Assembly: GCA_012729815.1 (NCBI GenBank)
Contig: JAAYCJ010000133.1
Location: forward strand, 3,956-67,955
DNA: 64,000 nt
From: Phycisphaerae bacterium
GTDB lineage: Bacteria > Planctomycetota > Phycisphaerae > JAAYCJ01
Direction: 5' to 3'
The notes beneath the pieces are model-generated. The model searched no databases. It saw nothing but the letters and a program-made list of their open reading frames with translations, and was not told where the DNA came from. How positions within the stretch are numbered: the first letter of the stretch is position 1; the number at the start of each line of letters is the position of its first letter. Both the position numbers and the translations under genes were made by a program. Shown piece by piece: positions 44,003 through 54,457 of this stretch.

Positions 44003-46711
44003 ATGACTCAAGACGCACGCGTGTTTATTGAAGTGCACCGCTCCAGCGGCGAGATCGAGCGATTCGCCCTGGACGCTGAGGCCCTGATCATGGGCCGCGG
44101 CGAAGAGGCCGACATCCGGGTCGATGAGACGGTGATCTCGCGGCGGCACGTGAAGTTCAAACGCACCCGTGACGGCCGGTGGGTCGTGCGCGACCTGCGA
44201 TCCCGGAACAGGACCTTCTACCAGGGTCGGGCGATCAAGTCCCACGTGCTCAACGAGGGCGACGTGGTCTGCGCCGCCTCGATCCAGATCGTGTTCCACG
44301 ACCAGACCGGGGCGTCCGATCCGGTGGTGCGGGAAACCGTTTACGCCGACGAGTTCGGTTCCGAGTCGCCGCGCGGTCTGGACGAGACCGACTACGGCAT
44401 GCCTTCGCCGGATGAGACGTCGGCCCTGCGGCTGCCGGTACGGCGAATTCCGCCTCCGCGAAGCGCGGGGCCGGCCGGACTGGCCGTCGCGTCGGACCTG
44501 ATGGGCCCCGTCCGCGGATCGGAAGACGCCAACGGCCTGGGCCCGCTGGCCGCGGAGGAGGAAAGTCCGATCGGCCATCTCCGCCTCGGCCGGATGCTGC
44601 GCTACAAATGGACGATGGTGCTCGCGTCTCTCCTGGTGGCGATTCCCGCCGTCACCGCGGTCTGGCTGCTGGTTCGGCCCGAGTACCGGGCCCGCGGAAT
44701 CATTCACGTCCGGCCGATCGTGCCGTACCTGGTCTACAAGACCGAGGACAGCGGGGCCGTGCCCTTCTACGACTCCTATAAGAACCACCAGGTGCAGGTG
44801 ATGAAGGGGCCGGCCGTGCTCCAGCGGGTGCTGGACGACCCGAAGGTCCGGGCGACCGAATGGTACCGCACGCCCGCGGTGACCCTCGTCGGACGCCATC
44901 CCATCTCGCACATGGAACGCCTGCGCGAGGAACTGATGGTGCAGACCGGACGCGGCAGCGAGAATCTCGACCTGGTCATGTCCACCAGGAACCCCGCGGA
45001 CGCCGCGGTCATCGTCAACGCCGTGATTGACAATTACCTGGCCGTCAGCCACGAAAGCTCCAGCCGCACCGAGGACATGATGTATCGGCGGCTCACCGAG
45101 CAGTACGACGCGCTCGGCAAGGAAATTGAGAACCACGAACGTCTCGCCGCCGAGCTGCGCAAGAAGCTCGGCACCGGCACGCCGGATGAGCTGATCTCCA
45201 AGCGCCGGGTCCGCCTCGACGAGATGCAGGCCCAACTCGAGGCGCTGCACCGCGAACTGGATATCGCCCAATGGCAGAAAGGCGAACTGGCCGGCCTGAT
45301 CGAGCAGCGGGATGGAACGCCGGAAGAGCAGACGCTCGAGGAGGCCGACCGGCTCCGCTACGTCTACGACAACGAATGGCGCCAGTTGGACCTGGCCCTC
45401 AAAACGGCCCGACACGAAAAGGAACTGGCCCTGCAGCAGTTCGGCGAGTCGCATCCCCGGATCGTCGCCCTCAACGAGCAGATCAAGTTCAGTCAGGAGC
45501 GGCTTGACGAACGCCAGCGCCAGCTGGATGAACAGCCGGTGCTGCCGACCGAACAGGGGCCTTCGCCCGCCCAGGTCGGTGTCCGCGTCGCCGGAGACCT
45601 GCATTCGCTGGACCGCCGGATCAGCCTGCTCAAGTACCAGGAGCAGATTCTCCTCAAGAGTCTCGACCAAGAACGCGACCAGTTCGACCGGGCCTTCAGC
45701 AGCGCCCAATTGCTGGCCAAGGAGAACGAACTGATTACGCACCGGCGGCAGATCTTCGACGACGTGCGCCGCCGCCTCGACCAGAAGGACATGGAACGCA
45801 ACGTGCCCGGCTCGATCGAACTGATGGCCAAGGCTGAGCCGCCGACCAAACCTTCCCAGGATCGCCGCCTCGTCTTCACCGGCATGGCTCTCCTGGCCGG
45901 ATTGGGTGTGGGGTTGGTGCTGACCTACGTCCGGGCCAACGTCAGTCCCACCATTCAGGAGGTGAACGACGTGCAGCACGCCGTGCAGGGCCCGTTCCTG
46001 GGGCAACTGCCTCTGGTCCGCAACGCCAAGGGCCGCAACCTCACCGACGATCCCATGCAGAGCGAGTATATTCGGATGGTCCGCACGGCGCTGCTCCAGC
46101 GGATGGGCGGACGCAAAGGCAGCGTGGTCCAGATCACCAGCGCCGACGCCGGAGCCGGCAAGACCACGGTCGCCGTCATGCTCGGCCGGAGCCTGGCCCA
46201 CTGCGGCCGGAAGGTTCTCTTGGTCGACGTGGACATGCGCAACCCCAGCGTCTCCAGCCGCATGGGAATCGACCACGCGCCGGGTCTGGCTGCGGTACTG
46301 ACCTCGCGAGCCTCCGACCAGGAGGCCATCCGCCAGACCGACACCGCCCGGTTCAGTGTCCTGACCGCCGGAGCCTGCGGCAACGGCGACCAGGCGGACC
46401 CGGAACTGCTGGCTGACGGCGCCTTCTCCTCGTGCCTCGAGCGCTGGCGCCGCCAGTACGACATCGTCCTGTTGGACAGCTCGCCCGTCCTGCCGGTGGC
46501 CGACGCGCGCATTCTCTCCCGCATGGTCGACGGGACGATCATGGTCGTTCGCGAAGGGCACTGCCAGAGAAGCGACATCGTCGACGCCCTCGCCTGTCTG
46601 ACCACCGCGGGCGGCAAACTCATCGGCACCGTCTACATCGGAGCCCAGCGCCGTGCCGGGTACGGCGGGGCCTACAACAGCTACTATTACTACCACGCTT
46701 CGGACAAATAA
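44003..46711 (+). CDS. FHA-domain-fused polysaccharide co-polymerase (Wzz/GumC-like) with C-terminal BY-type tyrosine autokinase
   Basis: The FHA domain is LIMGRGEEADIRVDETVISRRHVKF...DLRSRNRTFYQG. Two TM segments flank a long coiled-coil periplasmic region. Kinase Walker A is SADAGAGKTT, A' is VLLVDVDMRNP, and B is IVLLDSSPVLPVADA. The Tyr-rich tail is GYGGAYNSYYYYH. Confidence 0.85.
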   Translation: MTQDARVFIEVHRSSGEIERFALDAEALIMGRGEEADIRVDETVISRRHVKFKRTRDGRWVVRDLRSRNRTFYQGRAIKSHVLNEGDVVCAASIQIVFHDQTGASDPVVRETVYADEFGSESPRGLDETDYGMPSPDETSALRLPVRRIPPPRSAGPAGLAVASDLMGPVRGSEDANGLGPLAAEEESPIGHLRLGRMLRYKWTMVLASLLVAIPAVTAVWLLVRPEYRARGIIHVRPIVPYLVYKTEDSGAVPFYDSYKNHQVQVMKGPAVLQRVLDDPKVRATEWYRTPAVTLVGRHPISHMERLREELMVQTGRGSENLDLVMSTRNPADAAVIVNAVIDNYLAVSHESSSRTEDMMYRRLTEQYDALGKEIENHERLAAELRKKLGTGTPDELISKRRVRLDEMQAQLEALHRELDIAQWQKGELAGLIEQRDGTPEEQTLEEADRLRYVYDNEWRQLDLALKTARHEKELALQQFGESHPRIVALNEQIKFSQERLDERQRQLDEQPVLPTEQGPSPAQVGVRVAGDLHSLDRRISLLKYQEQILLKSLDQERDQFDRAFSSAQLLAKENELITHRRQIFDDVRRRLDQKDMERNVPGSIELMAKAEPPTKPSQDRRLVFTGMALLAGLGVGLVLTYVRANVSPTIQEVNDVQHAVQGPFLGQLPLVRNAKGRNLTDDPMQSEYIRMVRTALLQRMGGRKGSVVQITSADAGAGKTTVAVMLGRSLAHCGRKVLLVDVDMRNPSVSSRMGIDHAPGLAAVLTSRASDQEAIRQTDTARFSVLTAGACGNGDQADPELLADGAFSSCLERWRRQYDIVLLDSSPVLPVADARILSRMVDGTIMVVREGHCQRSDIVDALACLTTAGGKLIGTVYIGAQRRAGYGGAYNSYYYYHASDK

Positions 46712-46757
46712 CGCCGCCGGAAACGGCGACGACGCACCCGCTTTCGGGGGATCGCTG

Positions 46758-47891
46758 ATGTCGGAAACCGCCACCGTGGGCTCCGCGTCCGGACAGACCC
46801 AGGCCGATCAGACGGTCGAGCGTCTGCGCCGGATCGCCCTGGACGCCCTGGCCCGGATGTTCCGCCCGGACCGGGGGCTTCATGCGTTTCGGCTGCGGCG
46901 GACTTCCGGCGATCCGGCGCTCGAGGGCGAGAGCATCCGCTACACCGCCACCGTCCTGATCGGACTGGCGAGCGAGAGTGCGCAGACCGCCGGCTGCGTC
47001 CTGAGCGGCCTGAGTCCTGACATCGTCGGCGATCGCCTGGTCGATCGCCTCGACTCGATGCGGGACCTCGGCGAAGTCGCCCTGACGCTCTGGGCGATCC
47101 GGGCCCTTGGCCATGACGGAGCGGGCCGCGTGCTGAGTCGTCTGCGGGCTTTGGATCCCGCCCGGGCCGACGTGCCGACGGTCGAACTGGCGTGGTCGCT
47201 GACGGCCCTTGCATTCGAAGGCCATGCGCCGACCGATGCGGGCCTGGCCCGCGCGGTGGCCGATCGCTTGGTCGCGTCTTTCAATCACCGGTCGAACCTG
47301 TTCCCTCACCGGCCCGTCGGTTCGCACGCCTCGGGGCTGCGCGGGCACGTGAGCTGCTTTGCCGATCTGGTCTACCCGATCCAGGCCCTCTCCCATTTCC
47401 ACCGTTTCTCCGGCGACAAAGCGGCCCTGGAGACCGCGACGGCCTGCGCCAAACGGATGGGCGAGCTTCAGGGCCCGGCCGGACAGTGGTGGTGGCACTA
47501 CGACGTGCGGACCGGCCGCGTCGTGGAACGCTACCCGGTCTACGCCGTCCACCAGGACGCGATGGCCCCGATGGCCCTCTTCGCGTGCGCAGCGGTCAGC
47601 GGCGAGGATTTTCGTCCGGCCATCCGACGCAGCCTCCAGTGGTTGACCGCGCCGGCCGAGATGGCCGAGTCCCTGATCGACGAGCGGGCCGCCGTGATCT
47701 GGCGAAAGGTCGCCCGGCGCGAGCCTGGCCGACTTGTCCGCGCGGCTCAAGCCGGCTTAAGTCGGATGCACCCCCGCCTGCGTCTGCCCGCGCCCGACCT
47801 GCTGTTTCCGCCGATCCGGATCGATTACGAAAGCCGGCCCTATCACATGGGCTGGATCCTGCACGCCTGGCCGCCCGGCCGGACCATCTGA
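46758..47891 (+). CDS. hypothetical protein, possibly alpha/alpha-toroid fold
   Basis: ATG 46758 follows GGGGGA. The protein has a repetitive helical-pair character (LTLWAIRALG, LAWSLTALAF, YPIQALSHFHRFSG, QWWWHYD). No family could be assigned. Confidence 0.5.
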   Translation: MSETATVGSASGQTQADQTVERLRRIALDALARMFRPDRGLHAFRLRRTSGDPALEGESIRYTATVLIGLASESAQTAGCVLSGLSPDIVGDRLVDRLDSMRDLGEVALTLWAIRALGHDGAGRVLSRLRALDPARADVPTVELAWSLTALAFEGHAPTDAGLARAVADRLVASFNHRSNLFPHRPVGSHASGLRGHVSCFADLVYPIQALSHFHRFSGDKAALETATACAKRMGELQGPAGQWWWHYDVRTGRVVERYPVYAVHQDAMAPMALFACAAVSGEDFRPAIRRSLQWLTAPAEMAESLIDERAAVIWRKVARREPGRLVRAAQAGLSRMHPRLRLPAPDLLFPPIRIDYESRPYHMGWILHAWPPGRTI

Positions 47892-47931
47892 CCAGACCCG
47901 GAGAACTTTTCCCTAACGACCGCATTCAATC

Positions 47932-49335
47932 ATGTCGATTCGCGTTGCGATTCTGTACGTCGTCGTCGCCCTCCTGGTCGCCTACGCCTGGAAGGACTGG
48001 CTCATCTCCCTCTGCGGGCTGGTGCTGCTGACCACCTTCTCGCAGCACCACGATATGCCGGAACGGCTTTTTGGCATTCCCGGCCTGAACCCCTGGAACG
48101 CCGTGCTCGCCGCAGTCATCCTGGCGTGGATCGTGCATCGGCAGCGCGATCCGCTTCCCAAACCTCCCAACTACTTCCTGCTGTTCCTGATTGGCTATGT
48201 CCTGCTGATCACGGTCGGTTTCGGGCGGGCTTTCGTCGACCGCCAGACCATCATTCAGCGCGGCGTCTTTCCGGACACCGTGCACATGCTCTTTGACCTC
48301 CTGTTCAACCCCCTCAAGTACATCCTGGTCGGGGTGATGATGTACGACGGCTGCCGGACCCGGAAGCGGGCCGCCATCTGCATCGGAACCATCCTGCTCT
48401 TCGGCCTGCTCCACGCCCTGATGATGTACAAGACGATGGGGCCCGACGTCTTCACCGGCACCTACGAGGACGCCAAACGCCGTTTCGACAAGCTCATCGG
48501 TCTGCACGCCAATGATCTGGCCGGATTGGTCACCATGGCCTTCTGGTCCAGCATCGTCGTCGCCTACGCGGTGCGGGGACGGTGGCGCAGGGGCGCAGCC
48601 GCCATGGCTGTGATCATCCTGCCGTGCGTGATCGGTTGCCACTCGCTGGCTGCCTATCTGGCCAACATCGGCCTGGCCGGGATCCTCGGCGTGCTCCGCT
48701 GGCGGTGGCTGCTCCTGGCGTTTCCGGCCGGCGCCGTGCTGATGCTGGTGGTATTTCCCCAGCTCGGCGAACGGTTCGACCTGGCTGTCTCCGGCGAGGC
48801 GGCCCGGCAGGAGGAGGTGAACCTCAACGCGGTCACGACCGGGCGCACGCAGAACATCTGGGGGCCCGCCATCGACGCGATCGCCAAATCGCCGATCATC
48901 GGTTACGGCCTGGGCGGAACCGCCCGCTCCGACGCCTTTTTCGGCATCAGCCAGAACGAAGGCCGCTTCACCGGCCATCCGCACAACTCGTATCTTGAAA
49001 TCATGGTTGACCACGGCATTGTCGGCTTGGCCGTCGTGCTCGGACTGATTATCTCGACCGCCTGGATGGGCTACCGCCTGTTCTGCGTCCGCGACGATCC
49101 GCTGTTCGCCATCGTCGGCGGCATGGCGTTCGTCGCCATCGTCAACGTGGCCATTCTCGGCCTGGCTTCGAGCTTTTTCTATCCCAAGGAGAGCATGCTC
49201 TCGCTGATCTGTCCGGTGGCTGTCATGGCCCGGCTCTATCCGGCCCGTTTCTCGGTCGCCGCCCGCCGTGCCCGCGCCCGGACCGCCGCGGCGGCGTCTG
49301 CGACCGCCGCCGTCTATTCAGGGGGAATCCAGTGA
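47932..49335 (+). CDS. O-antigen ligase/polymerase-family membrane protein (Wzy-like)
   Basis: It has at least 10 hydrophobic segments and a periplasmic loop containing GHPHNSYLEIMVDHGIVGL, typical of the Wzy_C/O-antigen ligase family. Confidence 0.8.
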   Translation: MSIRVAILYVVVALLVAYAWKDWLISLCGLVLLTTFSQHHDMPERLFGIPGLNPWNAVLAAVILAWIVHRQRDPLPKPPNYFLLFLIGYVLLITVGFGRAFVDRQTIIQRGVFPDTVHMLFDLLFNPLKYILVGVMMYDGCRTRKRAAICIGTILLFGLLHALMMYKTMGPDVFTGTYEDAKRRFDKLIGLHANDLAGLVTMAFWSSIVVAYAVRGRWRRGAAAMAVIILPCVIGCHSLAAYLANIGLAGILGVLRWRWLLLAFPAGAVLMLVVFPQLGERFDLAVSGEAARQEEVNLNAVTTGRTQNIWGPAIDAIAKSPIIGYGLGGTARSDAFFGISQNEGRFTGHPHNSYLEIMVDHGIVGLAVVLGLIISTAWMGYRLFCVRDDPLFAIVGGMAFVAIVNVAILGLASSFFYPKESMLSLICPVAVMARLYPARFSVAARRARARTAAAASATAAVYSGGIQ

Positions 49336-50234
49336 ACGACATTCTATACATCCTCTCGCCGAGCTACTCCGGCTCCACGTTGCTGACCTTCCTGCTCGGG
49401 ACCCACCCGGCGATCGGGACGATCGGTGAGTTGAAGGCCACCTCGATGGGCGATATCGACCAGTACCTCTGCTCCTGCGGACAGAACATCCGCCAGTGCG
49501 GGTTCTGGACCCGCATCGCCGAGGAGCTGGACCGCCGCCACGTGCCGTTCGATCTGGCCGATTTCGGCACCGACATCCGCGGAGAGGCCGGCTCGTTCGG
49601 CGATCGGCTGCTCCGCGCCGGAATCCGCGGTCCGTTCGCCGAATCCCTTCGGGGCCTGGCCCTGGCCGTCGCGCCCGGACCGCGCAGAGCCCTGCGACAG
49701 ATCCTCGAAAAGAACCGCGTCTTGGCCGAGGTCGTCTGCGAGGCCCAGGACGCCCGGATCTTCCTTGACGGGTCCAAGGATCCCATCCGGCTCAAGTGGC
49801 TCCTGACCATTCCACAATGGAATATCCGCGTCCTGTACCTGATCCGCGACGGTCGCGGAGTCAGCAACTCCTACATGCGGCACTACAACTGTGGCATGGA
49901 CAAGGCGGCCGTCGAGTGGCGCAGGACCCATCTCGAGTGCGAACGCATCCTCCGCACCCGGCCGTCCGGTTCAGTTCTCAAGGTCCATTACGAGGATCTT
50001 TGCCGGGCTCCGGGCGACACGCTCGACCGGATCTTCCGTTTTCTGGACCTCGAATCCGCCCCCGCCTGCGACTTCCGCTCCGTCCAGCAGCATATCCTGG
50101 GCAACGCCATGCGCCTGGGCTCGACCGCCGAGATCACTCTGGACGAGAAGTGGCGGACCATGCTCACCGAGGAGGACCTTCGCCGATTTGACGCCATCGC
50201 GGGCGGCCTTAACCATCGCTATGGTTACAGGTAG
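49332..50234 (+). CDS. sulfotransferase-family protein
   Basis: The GTG start overlaps the upstream stop (GTGA). The 5'-PSB-like loop is ILSPSYSGSTLLTFLL. The 3'-PB-like region is YLIRDGRGVSNSY. Confidence 0.7.
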   Translation: MNDILYILSPSYSGSTLLTFLLGTHPAIGTIGELKATSMGDIDQYLCSCGQNIRQCGFWTRIAEELDRRHVPFDLADFGTDIRGEAGSFGDRLLRAGIRGPFAESLRGLALAVAPGPRRALRQILEKNRVLAEVVCEAQDARIFLDGSKDPIRLKWLLTIPQWNIRVLYLIRDGRGVSNSYMRHYNCGMDKAAVEWRRTHLECERILRTRPSGSVLKVHYEDLCRAPGDTLDRIFRFLDLESAPACDFRSVQQHILGNAMRLGSTAEITLDEKWRTMLTEEDLRRFDAIAGGLNHRYGYR

Positions 50235-51510
50235 AACAACCGCTTCCATTCGGACAGGGGGGTTCCGATTGACCGCCGCTTCAGCCGCCACAGAACGGGC
50301 CGTGCGACGAATCTGTTACATCGTCGCCGACTATCCCTGGCCTGCCGATTCCGGGGTCCGTCAGCGGCAATACCAGAATCTCCTGGGCCTCTCGCAATGC
50401 GGAGACGTCGATCTGCTTGTCCTGCCTTGGGCGCCGCGCCCAATTCCGCCGCCGATCGCCTCCCTTTGCCGCCGCGTGTTCGTTCAGCCCCGTCCGGACC
50501 AGTCCAACGCGTCGAACGTCCGAGCCCGTTCGCGGCTGGGCCAACTGCTCTGCGAGCTGGGCGGCGATCCGCTCGATCAGAAGAAGATCGCCTCCACCCC
50601 GCTGCTTCCGGAGATCCGGGAAGCGTTGAAGACCCCGTACGATCTGGTCTGGATCGCCAAACTCAGGACCGCTCTGACGCTGGGCCATCCCGGCGGGCCC
50701 GCCGCCGTTCTGGACCTCGATGACCTGGAGCACTGCAAAGTACTCCGGGCCCGCGCCGTGTACACCTCGCTGTTCAGGAAGCTGCGGGCAACGGTCGAGG
50801 CCCGGGCGTGGCGGCGGGCCGAACTGGAAACGCTGGACCGCTTCGGCTGTGTCGTGGTCTGCAGCGAGGACGACCGCCGCTACCTCAACCGACCGGAAAA
50901 GGTGGCGGTGGTGCCCAATACCGTCGAGGTTCCCGACCCCGTCGAGTTTGCCCCTGGCGTTCCCGGCCGCATGGTCTTCGTCGGCTCGATGGACTATCGC
51001 CCGAACGACGATGCCGCCTGGTTCTTCATTCGTTCCATCCTGCCCCGGATTCGCAGCCGGAACTCCAGCGCCCACGTCCGGATCGTCGGCCACAATCCCT
51101 CATCGGCTTTGCGCGAGCTCCACAACGGCCGCGACGTGCACGTGCTCGGCGCCGTTCCAGACATTGGATCCTGCGTCGCCGAGGCCGCGATTTCCGTCGT
51201 GCCCCTGCGAATCGCGGGTGTCACACGCCTCAAGATTCTCGAGTCGCTGGCCCGCAAGACTCCCGTCGTCAGCACGACCGTCGGAAACGAGGGTCTCGAC
51301 CTGGAACACCGGCGCCATCTTCTTCTGGCCGACCGGCCGCAAGCGTTCGCCGACGCCTGTCTCGAACTGCTCGCCGACGAATCGAAGCGGCGGGATCTCG
51401 CCGAGGCCGGTCACCGCCAGGTCGCCGCCCTCTACAACCGAGGCCTGATCGCCGAACACATTGCTAACGTCGTTCGAAAGGTGGAAAACCATGTCTCTAC
51501 CCAGCGATGA
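50221..51510 (+). CDS. glycosyltransferase family 4 (GT-B, Glycos_transf_1)
   Basis: It has MVFVGSMDYRPNDDAA and the E-x7-E region TRLKILESLARKTPVVST. Alternative starts are TTG 50269 and GTG 50302. Confidence 0.85.
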   Translation: MVTGRTTASIRTGGFRLTAASAATERAVRRICYIVADYPWPADSGVRQRQYQNLLGLSQCGDVDLLVLPWAPRPIPPPIASLCRRVFVQPRPDQSNASNVRARSRLGQLLCELGGDPLDQKKIASTPLLPEIREALKTPYDLVWIAKLRTALTLGHPGGPAAVLDLDDLEHCKVLRARAVYTSLFRKLRATVEARAWRRAELETLDRFGCVVVCSEDDRRYLNRPEKVAVVPNTVEVPDPVEFAPGVPGRMVFVGSMDYRPNDDAAWFFIRSILPRIRSRNSSAHVRIVGHNPSSALRELHNGRDVHVLGAVPDIGSCVAEAAISVVPLRIAGVTRLKILESLARKTPVVSTTVGNEGLDLEHRRHLLLADRPQAFADACLELLADESKRRDLAEAGHRQVAALYNRGLIAEHIANVVRKVENHVSTQR

Positions 51511-52666
51511 TTTCTCCGGCGTCGACCTGCGGACCGGCCGCGACCTGCGCGTCCTGTTCCTGCATCGCGGACGCTTCTCCGGCTCCACCGAAAGCCTCAT
51601 CCGGGCCTGGCGGCAGAATCTCCCCGAGGCCGACGTGACGGCCATCGACACCGAGACGGTTCTCGGCGGGCCGGCCTTCAAGCTTCGGGCTCTGCCCGTC
51701 GCCCTGTTGCGCGGCGGACCTCGCGTACTGGTCAAGGGCAAGGGCCGTCTGATGGACGCGGTCAAAAACTCCGAATGGTTCATGCGCCGCATGGAAAGCT
51801 CCGTCCTCCCGCTCTACCGCCGGAACCCTTCGCACTTCGTCGTCTCCATCGGCACGATGACGCCCATCCCTCCCGCCCACGGGCCGGTCTTCGTCTACAC
51901 CGATCAGCCGGTCCTGGGCAACCGCTATTTCACCATCGGACAGGAACGGGTCGACTACTGGGCCGAGTGCATCCCGTTCGAAAAACAGTACCTCGAGCGG
52001 GCCGTCCGCGTCTTCACGATGAGCACCCACGCCCAATCCGTTCTCGTCAAGGACTACAGCCTGCCCGCCGACAAAGCCGTCTGTGTCGGAGGCGGCCCCA
52101 ATGTTTCCATTCATCCCCATCCCGACCCGAAGCGGTTCGAGAACAAGAACATCCTTTTCGTGGGGATCGCCTGGGAGACCAAGGGCGGTCCGGAGCTCGT
52201 CAAGGCCTTCCTCAAGTTGTATCCGCGCCATCCGGACGCCACCCTGACCGTCGTCGGCTGTCGTCCAGACGTCGACCACCCGGCCGTCCGAATCGTCGGG
52301 CGGGTGCCTCCTGCCGCTGTTCCCGAGTTTTACGCCAGGGCGGCGATCTTTTGCATGCCGACCCACCGCGAAGCGATGGGAATGGTCTATCTGGAGGCCA
52401 TGCACCACGGCCTGCCCGTCGTCGGCACCTGCCGCGGTCCCACTCCCGACTACATCATTGACGGACAGACCGGCTTTGGTGTAGAACCTCTGGATGTCGA
52501 TATGCTCGCGGCGCGGCTGGACCAACTGCTGGCGAATCCCGAACGCTGCCGCCAAATGGGACGGCAGGGCCGCACGCTGGCCGAATCCCGCTTCACCTGG
52601 GACCTGACCCAGCGTCGAATGTGGACCGCCATCCGGGAGGCCCTCGGCCTCGGGAGCGACGGCTGA
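51491..52666 (+). CDS. glycosyltransferase family 4
   Basis: It has ILFVGIAWETKGG and MGMVYLEAMHHGLPVVGT...IIDGQTGF. It overlaps the upstream gene by 20 nt. Confidence 0.85.
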   Translation: MSLPSDDFSGVDLRTGRDLRVLFLHRGRFSGSTESLIRAWRQNLPEADVTAIDTETVLGGPAFKLRALPVALLRGGPRVLVKGKGRLMDAVKNSEWFMRRMESSVLPLYRRNPSHFVVSIGTMTPIPPAHGPVFVYTDQPVLGNRYFTIGQERVDYWAECIPFEKQYLERAVRVFTMSTHAQSVLVKDYSLPADKAVCVGGGPNVSIHPHPDPKRFENKNILFVGIAWETKGGPELVKAFLKLYPRHPDATLTVVGCRPDVDHPAVRIVGRVPPAAVPEFYARAAIFCMPTHREAMGMVYLEAMHHGLPVVGTCRGPTPDYIIDGQTGFGVEPLDVDMLAARLDQLLANPERCRQMGRQGRTLAESRFTWDLTQRRMWTAIREALGLGSDG

Positions 52667-52768
52667 CCGTCGGCACCCTCCGAAGGTCGAGGCCACGAAC
52701 GACCATGACCGGAGCCGCTGACATCCTGGTGCCCGTCCTCGTCACGGGCCTGCAGAACCGGAACCGCA

Positions 52769-54337
52769 ATGAAAGAACGCGTCGAAATCAGCAAACGCCT
52801 CACCGCCATCAACTCGGCCAGCTCGCTGGGGGCCCGAATTCTGAATGTCTCGGTTCTGGTCTGGATGAACCAGTACCTGCTGGCGCACATCAGCGATGCC
52901 GAATACAGCCTCTATCCGGTCCTGATCTCGGTCATCGCCTTCGCTCCGCTGTTGACCATGATCCTGACCAGCGGCCTGGGACGCTACACCGTCGAGGCCT
53001 ACGCCCGCGGCGACGAAGACCGGGTCCGCCAGATCGTCTCGACCATGTTCCCTCTGCTCCTGGCCGCGGGCCTCGTGCTGCTGACCGGCGGCTGCACCTT
53101 CGCCTGGTATGTCGATCGTGTCCTGAGCATCCCTCCCGAACGGCTCTGGGACGCCCGAATCATGATGGCCCTGCTGGTGCTCTCCCTGGCCGCCCGGCTG
53201 CCCGCGGCTCCGTTCAGCGTCGGCATGTACATCCGGCAGAAGTTCGTGATCTGGAATAGCATCGACGTCGTCGCCGAACTCTTTCGCCTGGCCCTGCTGC
53301 TGGTGCTCCTCCTGGGCGTCAGCCCACGGATCATCTGGGTGGTGGTGGCCGAGGTCACCGCTCAACTGGTCCGCCTCTTCGTCCGCCTCGCCGTCTCCCG
53401 CCGGCTCGTTCCCGCCCTGCGGTTTTCCTTCCACGACATCCGATGGTCGGCCGCCCGGCAGGTCACCGGGTTTGGCGCGTGGAACTTCGTGATGGGCGTG
53501 GCCGACATGATCCGTTCGGCCGCTGATCCAATCATCCTCAACAAGCTGGCCATGCCCTTCGATGTGGTCGTCTTCCATCTCGGCTCCATCCCGCTTCGCC
53601 AGATCAAGGAAGGCGCCGGCATCGTCCGGCACCCGCTTCAGCCGGCCATCACCGCCATGCATGCCATCGGCAGCAACAAGCGGCTCCGCAACGCCTACCT
53701 GCGGGGCGGACGACTGGCCCTCTGGGTCTCGATGTGCATGGTTGCGCCGCTGATCGTCTACCGCTTCGAGCTGTTTACCCTCTATGTCGGCTCCGAATAC
53801 CGTGTGGCCGGCACGGTCATGCTCCTGCTCCTGATGCTCTTTCCGGTCCAGTTCGGCAATCTCATGATGTCCGAAGTGGCCCACGCCCGCGGCCAGCTCC
53901 GCGGCTGGTCGCTGCGCCTGCTCGTCATGCACCTGGTGAATCTGGGCCTGACCTTCTATCTGGTCGGCGTCCGCGGCATGGGCGCCGTCGGCTCCGGCCT
54001 CGCCACCTTCCTGGTCCTGACCATCGGGGATCCGATCCTCAACTGGCCCTTGGGATTCAAGCTGGCCGGGGTCGACCTGCGAAGCTGGCTTCGCCGCACC
54101 TACTGGCCCGGCATGATGCCGGCCCTGGCGTCCCTGCCCGTCTGGTTCATTCTCCGTTACATCTTTCAACCGGATACCTGGGCAAGCCTCGGCCTGTGCA
54201 CCGGCCTCGGGTTCCTCTTCTACATGGCCGTCACCATCGCCTTTGCATTCCAGCCGGAAGACCGGGCCGATATGCAGGCCGTCGCGGCCAAGGTGTTTTC
54301 CATCTTTAAACGCTCCGTCTCTTCTGCTAAAATATAG
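52769..54337 (+). CDS. MOP-superfamily polysaccharide flippase (Wzx-like)
   Basis: 522 aa with about 12-14 TM segments. The N-terminus (ISKRLTAINSASSLGARILNVSVLVWMNQYLL) is typical of Wzx/PST transporters. Confidence 0.8.
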   Translation: MKERVEISKRLTAINSASSLGARILNVSVLVWMNQYLLAHISDAEYSLYPVLISVIAFAPLLTMILTSGLGRYTVEAYARGDEDRVRQIVSTMFPLLLAAGLVLLTGGCTFAWYVDRVLSIPPERLWDARIMMALLVLSLAARLPAAPFSVGMYIRQKFVIWNSIDVVAELFRLALLLVLLLGVSPRIIWVVVAEVTAQLVRLFVRLAVSRRLVPALRFSFHDIRWSAARQVTGFGAWNFVMGVADMIRSAADPIILNKLAMPFDVVVFHLGSIPLRQIKEGAGIVRHPLQPAITAMHAIGSNKRLRNAYLRGGRLALWVSMCMVAPLIVYRFELFTLYVGSEYRVAGTVMLLLLMLFPVQFGNLMMSEVAHARGQLRGWSLRLLVMHLVNLGLTFYLVGVRGMGAVGSGLATFLVLTIGDPILNWPLGFKLAGVDLRSWLRRTYWPGMMPALASLPVWFILRYIFQPDTWASLGLCTGLGFLFYMAVTIAFAFQPEDRADMQAVAAKVFSIFKRSVSSAKI

Positions 54338-54457
54338 CCGCGCTGCCGTTCCTGCCGTGGGGGAGGCGGCGGCGGGCTGCGTTGGCAGCCAGATCGGGTA
54401 TGGGGCCTTCTACGCGGGGAGGTCCGGATACTTCGCTTGACGACGAGGGGGTCGGTC

